A DNA stretch of 64,000 bases, from contig ADNK01000157.1 of assembly GCA_000320545.1 (NCBI GenBank), positions 62,001 to 126,000 on the forward strand, written 5' to 3'. Position 1 is the first letter of the stretch. Every line of letters starts with the position of its first letter. The notes below the pieces were generated by a model. The model was not told where the DNA came from. It worked only from the letters and a program-made list of their open reading frames with translations, and ran no database searches. Both the position numbers and the translations under genes were made by a program. Below, in pieces: positions 48,179 through 63,164 of the stretch. This DNA is from Bigelowiella natans CCMP2755. Taxonomy: Eukaryota > Protista > Cercozoa.

Positions 48179-49565
48179 ATGGCAGAGGCAAACCTTTCCT
48201 TGGACTCCATGGGAGGGTTCGTGTACTACTCCTTGAGCAAAATTCTGAAGGAGTCGAGCAAGTCTCGAGACAAGCAACTCCGGACGGTAGCAATTGACAT
48301 TCAGAAGCAGATTTTCCAAGCTTTCCAAAAGGTCGATGATAAATCTTCTCCTATCCTTTGAAGTGTGTTGCGCATGTGGTCTGCTTTCTCTTAGCCGACT
48401 ATTTGAGATGATGAATGGAGAAAACTTACCTGATTGCCTGTACCTTAAGAACCCTGAGGAGGCTCGGGCGGACAGAAATGGAGATAAATACTTCTTGCCG
48501 TTCAACTTGGCCTGTAATTATGAGCGGCCAAATATCAAGATGCTGCACACCTCGTTGGACGCGATACAGCGCATGATAGCCTACGGCTACCTCTCGGGGG
48601 ACTCCTTTGTTGATCCAAAGATTTATCCTCCAATAGATCTGGATCCGCAATCAAAGAGCAAATCTGATAAAAAGGGTCGGTCTCCATATAGTAACCTCGT
48701 ATGGTGTCATTCGACGGCTAATCCTCTCTATGCTGTGTTTTAGATTCAATAAGAACACGAAAAAGACGACTGATTGATGTTCTGGTGGAGACTATCTTTA
48801 AATGCTCAACAATGATCGATGATGATCAAGTGCAGATACAGGTACGGTTTCTCTTGCATGAGGAGATGATAAATCTTCATTGAAAATGCGTCTCTCATGA
48901 ACAGGTGATAAAGACTTTGATAACGGCTGTTACATCAAAATCGTGTCATGTGCACGACCACTCGATCCTGTTGGCTGTTCGTTCGTGCTATCACATATAC
49001 CTCACGGCTAGAAACAGCTCGAACCAAACTACAGGTTTGTCTCCCGTTCTGACCCCTCCCTCGCCGCCTATCCAAAATATGAGCTCCTCTTGACTAACAG
49101 TTTGTTTGATGCCCCCTTACGATAAACAGCCCGCGCGATCCTGACTCAGATGCTCAACGTGGTTTTTCGGCGGATGGAAACGTTTGCCCAACAGTTGCAG
49201 GAAGTTAGGCTTAAAGCCGCTCCCAGGGAAGTCAAAATTGTGCTTTCTCCCCCGCCTTCTGAAAAGCCTGAAGGAGAGGAAAGCAAGGACAAGAAACAAA
49301 CTGCCGATTCGAGCAAGATCGTGAAGGAAATCGTGGGGGGGTTAGTGAATAAAGTCGCGAAAGACGAGGAGGGAGCTGCAGAGATAGAAGACTCAAAGGC
49401 ACCGCCCGCCAACAGTACCGACAAGAAAGGCAAAAATAGCAAGCCAACAGCAGCCCCTCCCCTTAAGGACCGCCCTCTACCGGCGCCGGGAACTTCGGAA
49501 GTGCAAAATCTAGAGCGACAATTAAGTAAGAGTGCACACTTTAAAGTATTATTAATGTACTTTTG

Positions 49566-49602
<37 letters not shown>

Positions 49603-50471
49603 TGCAAGCGTTTGGGTGAACCCGATCTAAATGTAAGAGGGGATACATCATTACATAAGCACGAAGGTCGAGCCCAGGCGCATCCATCTTGCGTCTGGGG
49701 GTATACGTTTGTGCGAGATAAAGAAAGAACATCGGAGACGATAAAAAAGCCTTTTGCACTGATACCAGCTCCGTCTAGCATTGACCCACGCTGCACAACA
49801 AAATGGCGACATTCAAGACACGCACATGAACTCATCGAAACATGAAAATGATCAATTTTATGCTAATCCAACCCGCTACTTCCTCTGTTCACGTGTCTGA
49901 CCCTGATTTTTAGTCATAAAGCTGAGTATCATGCAAAACGACGCATATCTGTTGTTCCGAGCTCTCACGCAGCTTTCGATGAAGAAGCTACCAGAAAGTA
50001 CGGAAAGAACAAATTGATATGCCTAAGAGACAACCACCCTCGCATCTGAACCTAGGAAGATGCCAGTTTTTCCTCGAAAACATCCATAGAATGATTGCAC
50101 CCAACAACTGTTGTGTGCGTAGGCATCGATCCCGTGGCTATAAAGAGCAAAGCCCTGGCGCTCGAGTTGCTTCTATCTGTCATTCAGAACTCGGGGCCGA
50201 TGCTGAGGACGCATTCGAAGGTAGGTAGCGGTTGGACTGGCATGTGCACTTACATTCAGGCATCTTTGTGTGCAGATATACAAACAATGTTTTCATTTGT
50301 GTGTGAGTAAAGTGTTATCTTCGTAGCGTTTACTTCACCGCATTTTTTCCTCCCCCCTGGACACAGTTCGTAGGTTTCATCAAAGACAAATTAGTGCGCT
50401 CGCTGCTGCAGAACTGCGTGTCGCCGATACCCCGGATTTACAAGATGGCCGCACCAATGTTCCTCGCTTTG

Positions 50472-50513
<42 letters not shown>

Positions 50514-53500
50514 AGTAGCCGGGGGGGAAGGGGGGGAGGGATAAGAGGAGACAACGGAAAGGCATGCGTGGACAAGTACCTACAAGCACACACGCACATG
50601 CACACGTACACACTCACACACGCCGCACAAACAGGTTGCCCAGTTCAAGCCCCAAATGAAGTACGAAATCGGTGTGATTCTGAACAACATCTTCCTCAAC
50701 ATGCTCGCGTCGCCCATGAGCAGCTACATGCAGAAGTCGATGGCGGTCGTTATCCTCCTGAAGCTCTGCAAAGACCCCCAGACGATCGTGGAGCTGTTCC
50801 TCAACTTCGACTGCGACATCTCCTCGGAAGACAAGATCTTCGAGGCGATCATCATCCAGCTCGAGAAGGTCGCTCAGGGGCGGTTCATGTCCGAGGCATT
50901 GATGTCGCCCCAGAATGAAAGTGCGCTGCGCCTTAACGCGCTCGAGGCCCTTGGGCATGTGATGACGTCCCTGATCACGTGGTGCTCCGTTCTGAAGAAG
51001 GGCGAGGAGGATGCGGCACGCACGAGAGAACGCAAGGAAAGTCAGGACAGGAGCCTCGACGACGACAACGCAAGCAGGCACAGCGACGACGTGGGTCGCG
51101 CTGGGGCATCATCATCCTCCTCCACCACGAACCGACCTGCGTTCTCGCAGCAGTTCAATCTGCAGAGGGAGCGGAGGGCCCTGACCGAGAAGGCGATACT
51201 GCTTTTCAATCGCAAGCCCAAGAAGGGGATCAAGTTCCTGGAGGACCACGGGATCCTGCAGAAGGACGCCAAGGCGGTCGCAGAATTCCTCAAAACGCAC
51301 AAGAAACTCGACAAAACCCAGATCGGGGAGTACCTCGGGGAGGATAAGGACTTTAACAAAGAAGTGCGCTATAAGTACATCGAGGACCTGGTCGGTGCAT
51401 GCATTATGTAAATTGTCAGTTATCTGTCTATCTGTCTGTTTGTATCATTGTGTGCGTGCGTGCGTGCGTGCGTGCGTGTGTGTGTGTGCGGATTTATCAC
51501 ACACTCCGCATTCATAGACTCTTACCTCTCGCCACACACAAACACACACAGGATTTCACGGGGATGCAATTCGACGAAGCCCTTCGGTACTTTCTGAAGG
51601 ACTTTCGCCTTCCGGGGGAGGGGCAGAAGATCGACCGCCTGGTCGTGAAGTTCGCCGACCAGTACACCACCAACAACCCCTTCAACAGAGGCGGCAAGTT
51701 CCGCACGGCGGACGGGGCCTACGTGCTCGCGTACGCGACGATCATGCTGCACACGGACCTCCACAATCCCGGCGTGAAGAACAAGATGTCCAAGGATCAG
51801 TTCATCAACATGAACCGAGGCATCGACGACGGGAACGACATCGACCCGACCTTCATGTCGCACCTCTACGACAAGATCCAGCAGGAGGAGATCCATATGA
51901 CGGGGGGGGATTCGGCCCCGAGCGAGTGGCAGAACGCCGCCACCCTCAACCCGAGGAAACGGCAGACGATGTTCCAGAAGCAGACCGAGTCACTCATCAA
52001 GCAGACGGAGAACCTCATCCGGACAAAGAAGCCTAAGCGTCGTAGTATCAGCAGCAGCAGCAGCAGCATCTTGAGACAGCAGCAGCAGCACGATACCAAG
52101 AAGTCCGCCGCTGCCACCGCCGCGTCTACTACCAAAAACGACTCCCATGACGTGAGCGCACCGAATGGGACGAAGACTAGCGACGATGCGGGCGAGAGCA
52201 GCCCTGCCAACAATTTGTTGAAGGATGCGGCTGCTAGTGCTGCTGGTGGTGGTGCTGCCGTTGGAGGTCATGAGGACGAATGGTGAGAGATACAACATGC
52301 CCCCAGATACATTCCCAAAGCAATCATTTGGACATTCTTGAATATCCATCATATACCGTGTGTTGCGGCGGCGGCTGCTGCTACTGGCTGTCGTGTCTGG
52401 CGTCACACAGATATCCATCTTCGGCCGTTGGAACCTTAAATCGCGAATATACACAAAAAATATATTTATATTTTTACATATTTTTTCTACTAATGTATAA
52501 TTTTAACAACATTTCCATAATTATGATAATCTCCATTTTTCTTCTTCTTCTTCCTCTTCTTCGTATAGGTATGATGCAACGCATGCGGATCTGGACGCTT
52601 TGCAGCCGATGTTCGACCTGCTTTGGTGCCCTGCCTTCGCTACCTTCAGCCTTGTCCTCAAAGAAAACGATGAACCGAAGGTGCGCTCGCGCGCGCGCGT
52701 GTGTGTATGTGCGTGTGTGTGTGTGTGTGTTGTGTATGTGGCAGCATATATTAGTGTAAGACAGCTAGTAATACGGGTTTAAGGGGAGGGGTGACTTGCT
52801 GTTTTCGTACACATTGTGCATGTGAAGCTTGCTCTCTTGCAGTACATGCACCTCCTAATCTCCAATACACCAAACACCAACGACAAGCTTCTACGCTCAC
52901 CACCATCCTCTATCTGAATAATGCGAATGGTAATAATAATGATGATAATAATAATATTAATAATAATAATAATAATAGGTGGCAAAGCTCTGCCTCGACA
53001 ACTACAACTCCGCCGTGCGGCTGTCGTCGATCTTCGCGATGGACACGCCGCGCGACGCGTTCGTGAAGAGCCTGCAGCACTTCTCCCTTCTGGGCACCAT
53101 CAAGCCGCTCGGTTTCAAGAACGTGGAGGCGATCAAGACGCTCCTACACATCGCTTACGCGGATGGCGACTATCTGAAAGACTCCTGGAAGACGGTGCTG
53201 CAATGCATCTCTGAGTACGACAAGCTCATGCGCCGCTCCCCCGCGGCGCAGACGCCCGTAGATGTGTTCGACTCGGGCACTAGTGGCGCCAGGGAGGCAA
53301 AGAAGCGGTCAGTTGCTGACTTTCCTACTTTTCTTACTTGCTACTCGATGTCATCATATCCGAAACATTCATTCATTTTTTCGACCTGAGACTGATGATG
53401 CTGCAGCCGCCATATCTGACACCTGCGAATTGTTATTCCTATCATTTTATCATTAACAGAGGGAAGAAATCGATCCAGAGGGCAGTGCAGATCCACCATC

Positions 53501-54092
53501 AAAACGCCGAAATACTCAGAGAGCAGCTTGACCCTGCGCTCGTGGATCGCGTCTTCACGCACAGCGCACACCTCAACTCCGAGGCCATCGTCGATTTTGT
53601 TCGAAACCTCACACAGGTACTCGTAGAAGTTGCCTTTCCATCCTCCTGTGTTTGATAGGTCGCACGCGCGCGCGCGCACTCATATCTGATCCTACCGCTA
53701 TGATTCATTCATTTACTCACGTTTTTGGCAACTGTTTTATCTATCTGTCGGCACATATGGCCGCATCGCATGCAGGTGTCCCAATCGGAGGTGTACACCA
53801 CGAATAACGAGACGCCGCGTGTCTTCAGCTTGCAGAAGATCGTGGAAATCACCTACTACAACATGAATCGCATCAGGCTCGTGTGGAGTCGAATCTGGAA
53901 CATTCTATCCGCGTACTTCGCCAAGGCAGGATGCCATCCCAACCTGCAGGTGAATATACCGTATTATTAATTCTATTATTGCATATTTTCCCTCTGTCGT
54001 TCCGCTCTCCCCCCCCCCCTCCCTCTCATTCTCTCATTCTCTCATTCTCTCAATCTCTCAATCTCTCAATCTCTCAATCTCGCCTCCCCTCC

Positions 54093-54125
<33 letters not shown>

Positions 54126-55182
54126 ACTACTAGGTATCGCTCTACTCGATCGACTCCCTGCGACAGCTGGCAATGAAGTTCCTGGAGAAGGATGAGCTCG
54201 CCCACTACCACTTCCAGAAGCAGTTCCTGCAACCGTTTGAGGACATCATGGCCAACACGAAGAGCCAAGAGAGCAAGGCGCTCATCATCCAATGCATATC
54301 ACGCATGGTGTTAGGCCGCGTCGCCAACGTCCGCTCGGGATGGAAGAGCGTCTTCATCGTCTTACGGTAGTAGTTGTAGTAGTAGTAAGTAGTAGTAAGT
54401 AGTAGTAAGTGGTAGTAATGTTGTGATAGGAATAATCCTCTCACCCACTCTTCCCTCTCCCCTCTTTGACGGTTTTGCATTGGATCCCGACATATCACAT
54501 CGAAAAGTATGAATGATGACTATTCCTCCAGTGTTCTAATGACTCCCTATCTCTGCTCCACACCCTCCCCCCCTCCCCCCACCAACTAGCATTGCTGCCA
54601 ACGACCGGGACAAGTCGCTCGTGACTGCCGCGTTCGCGCTGCAGGAGAAGATCATGGTGAACTACTTCACCCTGATCTCCAAGACGCTGCAAGAGTGCGT
54701 GCTGACGCTCGGAACCTTCGCCAGGAACAGCTTCACCAACATCAGTCTCAAGTCCCTCGACTACATCGCCAAATGCGCCGCGCACCTCGCCAAGGAATGC
54801 AGCGTCGAGGGAGGGCCCGAGGTGAAGAAGGAGAAGAAGAACAAGAAGAAGAAGAAGAAGAAGAAGCAGGAGAAGGAAGCGGTCGGCGACGAGGAGAAGA
54901 AGAGGAAGATTCATGAGGAGAAAGAGGAGGCAACCAGTGAAGGAAAGAAGCAGCACCAGCTCCCACCTATCAGAAGAGAAAATAGCGAAGAGGTGCTCTC
55001 CTCCTCCTTCCCGGTCTGGATGACGATTTTCAAGTGCTACAGCACGCTATTATCTGATAACAGGTTGTTGTAGCAGCAGCAGCAGCAGCAGTTGTAGTAG
55101 TAGTAGTAGTAGCAGTAGCGGGGCTCTCTTTTAAAAAGGAAAAAAAGAGATCGATAGATGCATAGAGAGGCAGCAACACACA

Positions 55183-55252
<70 letters not shown>

Positions 55253-56360
55253 TACATCAACAACCACCGTAAAGAGTGCACACTCACTCACCCCGTGTTA
55301 TCCTTAGCGAATATAGGGTAGTAATAGTAACAGTAGTTGTAATAATAATAGTAGTAGTTGTAGCAGTTACCAGCGCAGAGAATCGATTATCTGGATGCAG
55401 CGCCTCATGCTGGCCCTTTCGACTCGTCGCCCCCCTCCCTAGAATCAACGACCAGAACCAAAACGCACATGAGACGAGCACGTTTTACCCACACCGAGCA
55501 GATAGTAACATGCTACTACACACAATCTGGCAGGTTTGCGCTCCAGAACCGAGCTCTAGAAGTGCTGTTCGCCACGTTGTCGGAGCACGGAGACTTATTC
55601 ACCGTGGACAACTGGAAGAAGATCTTCACTGAGGTCCTCTTCCCCGTCTTCAATAGCGTCGGCTCGGCGGCGGCCACCACCCCACCATCATCATCATCAT
55701 CAGCAGCAGCAGCGGCAAGATCGCAACGACGAGGAGGAGGAGGACCGTCGTCGGTAGTGAATTTGGACACCATTCCATACATCTAGAGAGGAAATACACC
55801 ACAGCTGCATATACCTACATACAGGAAAATATGTGTGTAATGTTTATTTGAATATCTAAATGTACATATGTGAGTAACACACAATGGCTAGAATGGCGAG
55901 CAAGTGAAAATTCTTGTAAACGGCAGAGACGCGCGCCGCCCTGTTTCTTCTCTCTTCTCCCCCCCCCCCGTAACCCCCCAACCATAAGCTGACGATCTGT
56001 TTATTATTTATTGTGCCGCTACTTCTTCTTCCTCTCGTTCTCCTCGGTTTCCTCATGTTGTTCACAGAAACCTCCACCACCGCCCCCCCCCGCATCGGCA
56101 AGCCAGGAGTGGCTGAAGACTACGTGTCTTAAGGCGATGACCAAAGTCGTGCAGATATTCGCTCAGTACCAGGACACGATTCAGGAGGGCCTCCTGCCGC
56201 AGGTGCTTGCACTCATCCAGTCGTGCATCAGCCAGGGAAATTTGGAGCTGGCGAAGATCGGGATCCAGGTGTCGCTCATCTTGAACGCATATGATGAGAA
56301 TGGTTGATGATGATGAGGTGGAGGAGGAGGAGGACCCGTGATGATCGTTGTGAAATGATA

Positions 56361-56410
<50 letters not shown>

Positions 56411-57375
56411 GCCGAACGAAAGGCGATTTCTACGTCTCATCACAGTCACCACAACACCTTCGGCAACTACATGTGCGAATAGACTTTCTTGCAAATAAAG
56501 CGTTCTCATTCTCACTTCTCCTTCTTTTCCCTCTGCCCCATCATCATCATCATCATCATGATCAGTGCTGGGAGCAGCTAATGTCTGTCTCTGGTGCCAA
56601 ATTTGACGATGGCAACTGGACGCTCGTCCTCAACTCGCTCCACGCATTATTCGAGCAAACTCTCCCGCATGAGCTTCAAGCGCCACGATTGCGCAAGTCC
56701 ATGGGATTGCCAGCGAAGTCCCCACGGCGAGGTTTGGGAGGGAGAGGAGGCGCCTCCTCCTCCTCCTCCACCACCACCACCACCACTACTACTACAGCTG
56801 CTACAACCTCTACCCCCCCCACCACCACTTCCACTACCAAGTCAACGGCATCAGGTGTGTCAGCAGCTCAAAACAAAGCGACCACCCCCACCCCCAGCAC
56901 AAAGAACCAGCACAACAAAAATGCAACTACAGCGAATCCCCTCCCCAACGGCCAAGACACCCACTCCCCGGCACCGCGCCCCCCGGCCACTACTACTGCT
57001 ACCAGCACTAGCACTAGTACCGCTGAGAAGAAGAAGGCAATGATCCGCACCGACCTGCTCTCCTACGAGCGCGTGGTGGTGAAGTGCATCGTGAATCACC
57101 TCCTGATGGAGACGTCCTTCAGCACGTTCCAAGGGTTCTACAACCTGCTCAAGCAAGAGCACGTGGAACAGATACTCGCCGCGCTCAAGTCCACCATCGC
57201 GTTCCTCTCCACCTTCAACTCCGACCTGGAGCTGCAGAAGAAGCTCTACCAGGTGGGGTTCAAAGCGGAGGATGGTGGCCTCTTCAAGCTGATGGACCAG
57301 GAGGTGGAGGCGTACGGATACTGCATGCAAATGCTGCAGATCATGTACCGTGGCAGCAATCCGAACGTAAGATTG

Positions 57376-57419
<44 letters not shown>

Positions 57420-57596
57420 ATTGATTGAGAGGATGATGACGGTGAAGATGATGATGATGAGGATGATGATGATGATGATGATGATGGTGGTGATGGGGTT
57501 GGTGTAGGAGAGAACGGTATGATGCACTGGGGATGATAGCTACGTGGTTATCGCTTTATTTTATTGACTGCACCTCATCGTCGCCATAAATATATG

Positions 57597-57635
<39 letters not shown>

Positions 57636-58280
57636 TAGTATCAACATCATCATCATCATCATCGTCTTCTTCTTCTTCATCCTGACCATTATCAGTTCGA
57701 CGACAGCAAGGCAGCTGACATACAGCTGCGGGAGACAGGCGAGAGAATATTCAAGCGATACATCAACAATAAGATCAAGGTGAGAGAGGGTCGCTTGGAT
57801 TCGAGCAGACAGCCATCGAGAATATACATGAGAACTAACTGAAATATCATCGGAAGATGACTAGATTTCTAGTCTCGTATTTGTATTTTTTTTTCCGTTC
57901 ATTCGTGGATAGGAAGACCACTGCGCCTCTTCTCTCCTCCTCTCCTCCTCTCCTCTCGTACATCCTCTCTCTCCCTCCCACCCTCTCACTCTGTGTGTGT
58001 GCTCTGTGTAAATGCGCAGATGGAGGGCAAGAGAACGAAGGAATCCGTCCGCCTAGCGAAGGTCGTGAGCTCATTGATCGAAGGGTTCGACAGCTACTCG
58101 GAGAACCAGATCAAGGCGAATATGCCGACCTTTTTCCCAAGAATGCTGGACATTATAGAGCATGGTGACCTCTCGGTCCGCCGGATGGTGGCCAAGTTCA
58201 TGCGGAAACGAATCACCCCTTTGCTGCCCTTCGCGGTGGAGGAGGAGGAGGAGGATCAAAATGATAATGGCTCTAGATGA
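48179..58280 (+). CDS. BIG/Sec7-type large ARF guanine-nucleotide exchange factor (DCB, HUS, Sec7, HDS domains), many exons
   Basis: [14 protein letters not shown]; [10 protein letters not shown]; ELFLNFDCD (HUS box); FNRKPKKGI; [12 protein letters not shown]; [17 protein letters not shown]; [25 protein letters not shown]; [16 protein letters not shown]; stop at 58278-58280. Confidence 0.95.
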
Positions 58281-59005
58281 TTATTATAGAATAGTGAGTA
58301 GCAGCAGTGGTGGTAGTAGCCGAATTAGTCAGCAGCGGGTGCTGTGATGATGATGATATTGATGCTGCATTTTATTTCGATGTTATTTGATGAAAGCTTA
58401 TAGACGAACATCAGGAAAGAAACACAGGCGACCACGCAAAAACGCTTGTTCATGAGATCCACTATGAGATGCTACGACCCACTTGCCCACTTGCCCCGTA
58501 GCGCGTATCATATTACTCAAGCGCCCATATATATAAAGTTCTGTGCGCGCTCATTGCTGGCTGTGGTGCATGTCGAGATTATCTGCCTTATCTGTGTAGG
58601 ATGCCTATCTAGATATCTAGATATGTGCATAGTCCATGCTCAGCGCGAAAATCCAAACGTATGAATGTGCGCCGTACGACAACATTGGTCGCCGCACATA
58701 CTAGCATACATCAGGGTGACCATTGAACAATTTTAGTTTTTTCATTACATCCGTCTCTCACACACATATGTAGCAGATGCCAACAGTGTCCCGAATTTGC
58801 GTCGTTCGATGCTAGCTAGTGTTCATCACTACCAAACATAATCCGCTATGATCTCACATAAACCATCGTGAGGAAGATAGCTGGAAAGCCCCCTAATGAA
58901 ATTCATTGCGTACGCACCCACGCACACATGTTAGTGCTAATCGATAAAAAAAGAAAGACAAAGCAAGCGTGTCTCCTGCTGTAGGAAACATAATCTTTTG
59001 TTTCA

Positions 59006-59930
59006 TTACTGAACTACCTCGTAACCCCATCGAGCGTGTACTTGAAAGAATACGCATACGGCAACGCGAAACATTTTAACTCCGACCTGATGCATTATTT
59101 GGCATTCAGTCAGGGAAGGTTGGAACCGCAATTTCTCCCAAGAGAGAAGACCGAGATATTCCATAATTCGACACAAAACCACAACCCTCCTCGGATAGTA
59201 GCACCCGATCAAAATGACACGATTCTCAACGTCCATCCGCTTCTCTATTATTCGGTTCTCGCGGTACAGAAAGCCATCAGACGTTTCGGGGCGGAGTCTC
59301 ATGCTTCTTGCCCCTTCTCTCTTTCTTTGGTTTGCTTTTGTCATTTTTATGTGTATCGAGAGAAGCTTAGTACTACCCTCTATTCCTCGGCTCGAATCGG
59401 GATTCTCCGCAGCTGCCACTGCCCAGGTTATTTTGGGTTGTTAGGGTAAATCGGAGTATGCGAGCAAGATGCTCCCGTAACCGCGCTATGGTACGGTGTT
59501 AATTGGTTGAGATCTCTCGAGACGATTCCTGGTTGTGTCCAGCAAACAATCTCTCTCTCTTTCTCTCTCTCTCTCTCCCTCTCTCTTTCTCTCTTCCTTT
59601 CATAATCACGTACGTGGCTAGAAGATTGCTCCCGTCGGGTGAGAATCGAATACGATGGACGATTCCAAAATAGGCCTGATGATGGTAGTGGTGGTGAGGA
59701 TGGTGGTCCGTGGAGGGGGGGGGGAAGTTCGCAAGGAGCATGCGGATCCACTCACACGCCATCGCCTCGTTACCTGCGTCTTCGAAATGAGCCGCTCGTT
59801 CACGACGTCAAGCAGCCTTATGCATCCATCAAAGCCTAGAAGCGAGAGAGTAGTAAGTGTTGAAAGAAAGAGTTATGAGGGAGAGAACAACGGAGAGGAG
59901 GGCGAGGACCATCACCAATGGCAGCAAAGT

Positions 59931-59968
<38 letters not shown>

Positions 59969-59998
59969 GAACACACTCACACGCACACACACACACAC

Positions 59999-60037
<39 letters not shown>

Positions 60038-60225
60038 TATATAGAGAGAGAGAAAGAGAGATGCACCGAACGTGCTCATTACCTCCAATTGCAAGCAGCC
60101 CCCTGCGAGTGAAGGAGAGAGACGCAGCGCGTAGATCTGGGGGAAAGATGGAACTTGGGAGCCGCCGCACTTCCTTAGTTGACACCCGCCATATCCGGAT
60201 GAACCCTGTCAGTCTCTGCGTAGTG

Positions 60226-60259
<34 letters not shown>

Positions 60260-60946
60260 CGATGGTGGTGATGATGATGGTGGCGTGGAAGGAGCGTTGT
60301 GATGGCTCTCATCAGCAGGTGATAATCGATGATGCCATGAGATAAGACAATGATAGTGAGATAATGATAGCATGCTGCAGCAGCCTGCAAGGCATCGAAG
60401 AGTGAGAGAATGCTTACATTTGTTACTGCCCCCCCATTGATTGTGGCTGCTCGGGCTGTTGGTTGTTGGTATTGTCAAAACCAAAAAAAAAGAGGGGGGG
60501 GGGGAAAGGAAGAGGAAGAGGAAGAGGAGGATTAGGAGGAGGATGAGGGAGGCAATTTGCTTGTGTTTTGGCCAAATATTTTGAAGACGGGGAGCGGGTT
60601 GTGGGCATGGAGACGATGTTCACTGTTGGTTGCCTCTCTCTCGACTGCATTGCGAATAAAGAGGAATGTTGTGCCTCCTTTTCATACTCGTCATCATCAT
60701 GATCGTCATCATCATGATCATCATGATGATCATGATAATGAAGCAGCACCTCCTCCATGCTCCACGTAGGAAGTCGCTATCATGTCGCTATCAGCTGACC
60801 ACACCAGCAAGTTGCACCACGCAATTTCTGATGATGACGACAAGTTGTATCGAGGATTATTCATGAATAAAATGGTATTATGCAAGGAGGGAGGAGGAGG
60901 GAAAGGGGCGGGGAGAGGAGGAGGAGACTTTACTTGCAAGCACACC

Positions 60947-61002
<56 letters not shown>

Positions 61003-61935
61003 ACACATCATACACAGCGAATCCCTGCAGGATTCCCTTGGATATACCAATATCCCCATCTCTCATGCACGTAATGATGCCCCTATTATTTCCAAGAGAT
61101 ACCGTGCTTTTCGGGCGATAGATTGATGCACACTTTGCCGGTTCGCACGCGCCACACAATCATGGACATGCGGTTGCCCCTTCGTCGGTCGCGGGCGTGC
61201 ACGGCGAGGTAGTCGAGGTTGGGGGACAGCCTAGAAAAGGGGGGGGGGGAGGGGGGAGAGGGACGGCAATTCGACAGGGAGGAGGACCCAACGATGCAAT
61301 GCATTCAAACATGATGATGATGATGATAATGATGATTGTTAATGTTATTATTATGGTAAGGCAAACAACGGTAGAGAACCTGCACTCGAGCCTCGCGAAG
61401 TCGGGGTAGCGATAGTTTGCCGTTGCCCCGCTTAACATAGGGGCAGCTCCTGTTGCTTCTGACCCGCCAGTCGATGCCCCGGACTTCGCATCTTCACTGC
61501 CGACCGACTCCGAACGCGATCTGACACACGGAAAACCATGCATTGGACGAGAGGACATCCACACCGCGGATGGTTCCGCATGCTAGTGCTCTGCCTGTAG
61601 AGCGACGATGTCTCCAAGACACCATGCGCACAAGACTACTACCTCGATCGCTTCCCATCATCTAAATAGCCTGCTCGGCCGCCATCTTTCGGGTGCTGGT
61701 AGATCATCACCATTATCGTCATCATCATCATCATCACCACCACCACCACCACCTCTACTGTTGATATTATGGCTACGAGATCGATGGTACAGCAGCATAC
61801 TGAATGAACCCTTGCCTATGACTCTCTTCTCTGATCTTGTCCATGTCCCCTCTCACATTTAGTAGCAATAATATACCTTTGAGTCTGACCAATCAGCAGT
61901 AAACACGTTCTCCAGAAGCTTCCCCGATTCCCCTG

Positions 61936-61974
<39 letters not shown>

Positions 61975-63126
61975 TTAAATTTCAATTATATAGGGAGAAA
62001 GAGGAGAGGAATGATCATCCCAGAGAAGAGAGAAAGCATAAGATCCAAGTTGTTATTACCGCTAAATAGTCTTAACGTAACGCTGCGAGAGTAGTACTCA
62101 CGGGTGACAGAGTGCCATTCAGTGAACCAGCGAACAGCGAGAATTCTTTTGTGACCCAATTCATCTGTTTGCCATTTTCATCGATGATGGCGAGTCATAC
62201 ATAGCAGCCAGTCAGTGCGTATCATCACCAAATATGCACGTTTTGTTGTGCATTTGGCAGAAAGTCTCTCCCTTTCAAGAAAGAGTATGAATGCCGATAA
62301 TACTGTACGAACTCCACCTTTATAAATCGTTATGCGATTTTTGAGGTCAGTGGTTTGGATATCGATCGAGGCGACTTGCTGAAACTTGCCGCTCGCTTTG
62401 TCGCATTCCCATATCTCCGTGCCTATTTTTGCAGTCCAGAGTGACGAGATATTAAAGGCGATTCATCCGAGCAAGAATCACATTCCAAAGAAGATGCCGA
62501 TTGGGATGGTTTTGTGTTTTATTAGAAGCATGCTTACCAAGAGCAAGAACGTTAACGTTGCCGTCCTTGCAGAATGACCCTCTAGCTGCGCTCAGATTGG
62601 ATCTAATATGTTGCAAGATCTCCTCATTGATAGTACACAGCGCCATAAATACACACCAGATGATCATCCACGGTGATGTTGTACTTTGAAATGTAAAAAT
62701 ATATTTGATTTGAGGTAGAGGTATATGTGCTGATTTGCTTCATTGCAAGTGGCGACCACCCTGTCTGAATGGAGTACATCATTTTGCCCGTCCCCAGGTC
62801 CCAAAGGTTGATTGATTTGCGCATCACATCTCGAGGTAACTCCTTTCCCTCCAGGCTTACACTTCGCCATCATGATGTGCCCGAAAATGAAGATAAACAT
62901 CAGAACTGAATCATCGGATCGATTGCTATTCTTTAATATTCATGACTCGGTTGATGATACCTTGCACTAGCACTGAGGACGCTTCCTTTAGATACATCAA
63001 GCTGATTGAATTATCACATAATGATTTTTTCTTATTGCCATGGTTATGATTACTATTATGAGTAGCAATAGTAGCATCCTCACACGTGGCAGGGAGCATA
63101 AGTCGTCTTTGTACTTCCAAATAAAC

Positions 63127-63164
<38 letters not shown>

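Noticed and set aside
49480-49915. Apparent non-canonical splice donor in the BIG gene
   Set aside because: A canonical phase-1 GTAAG donor after LERQL joins the next exon in frame.
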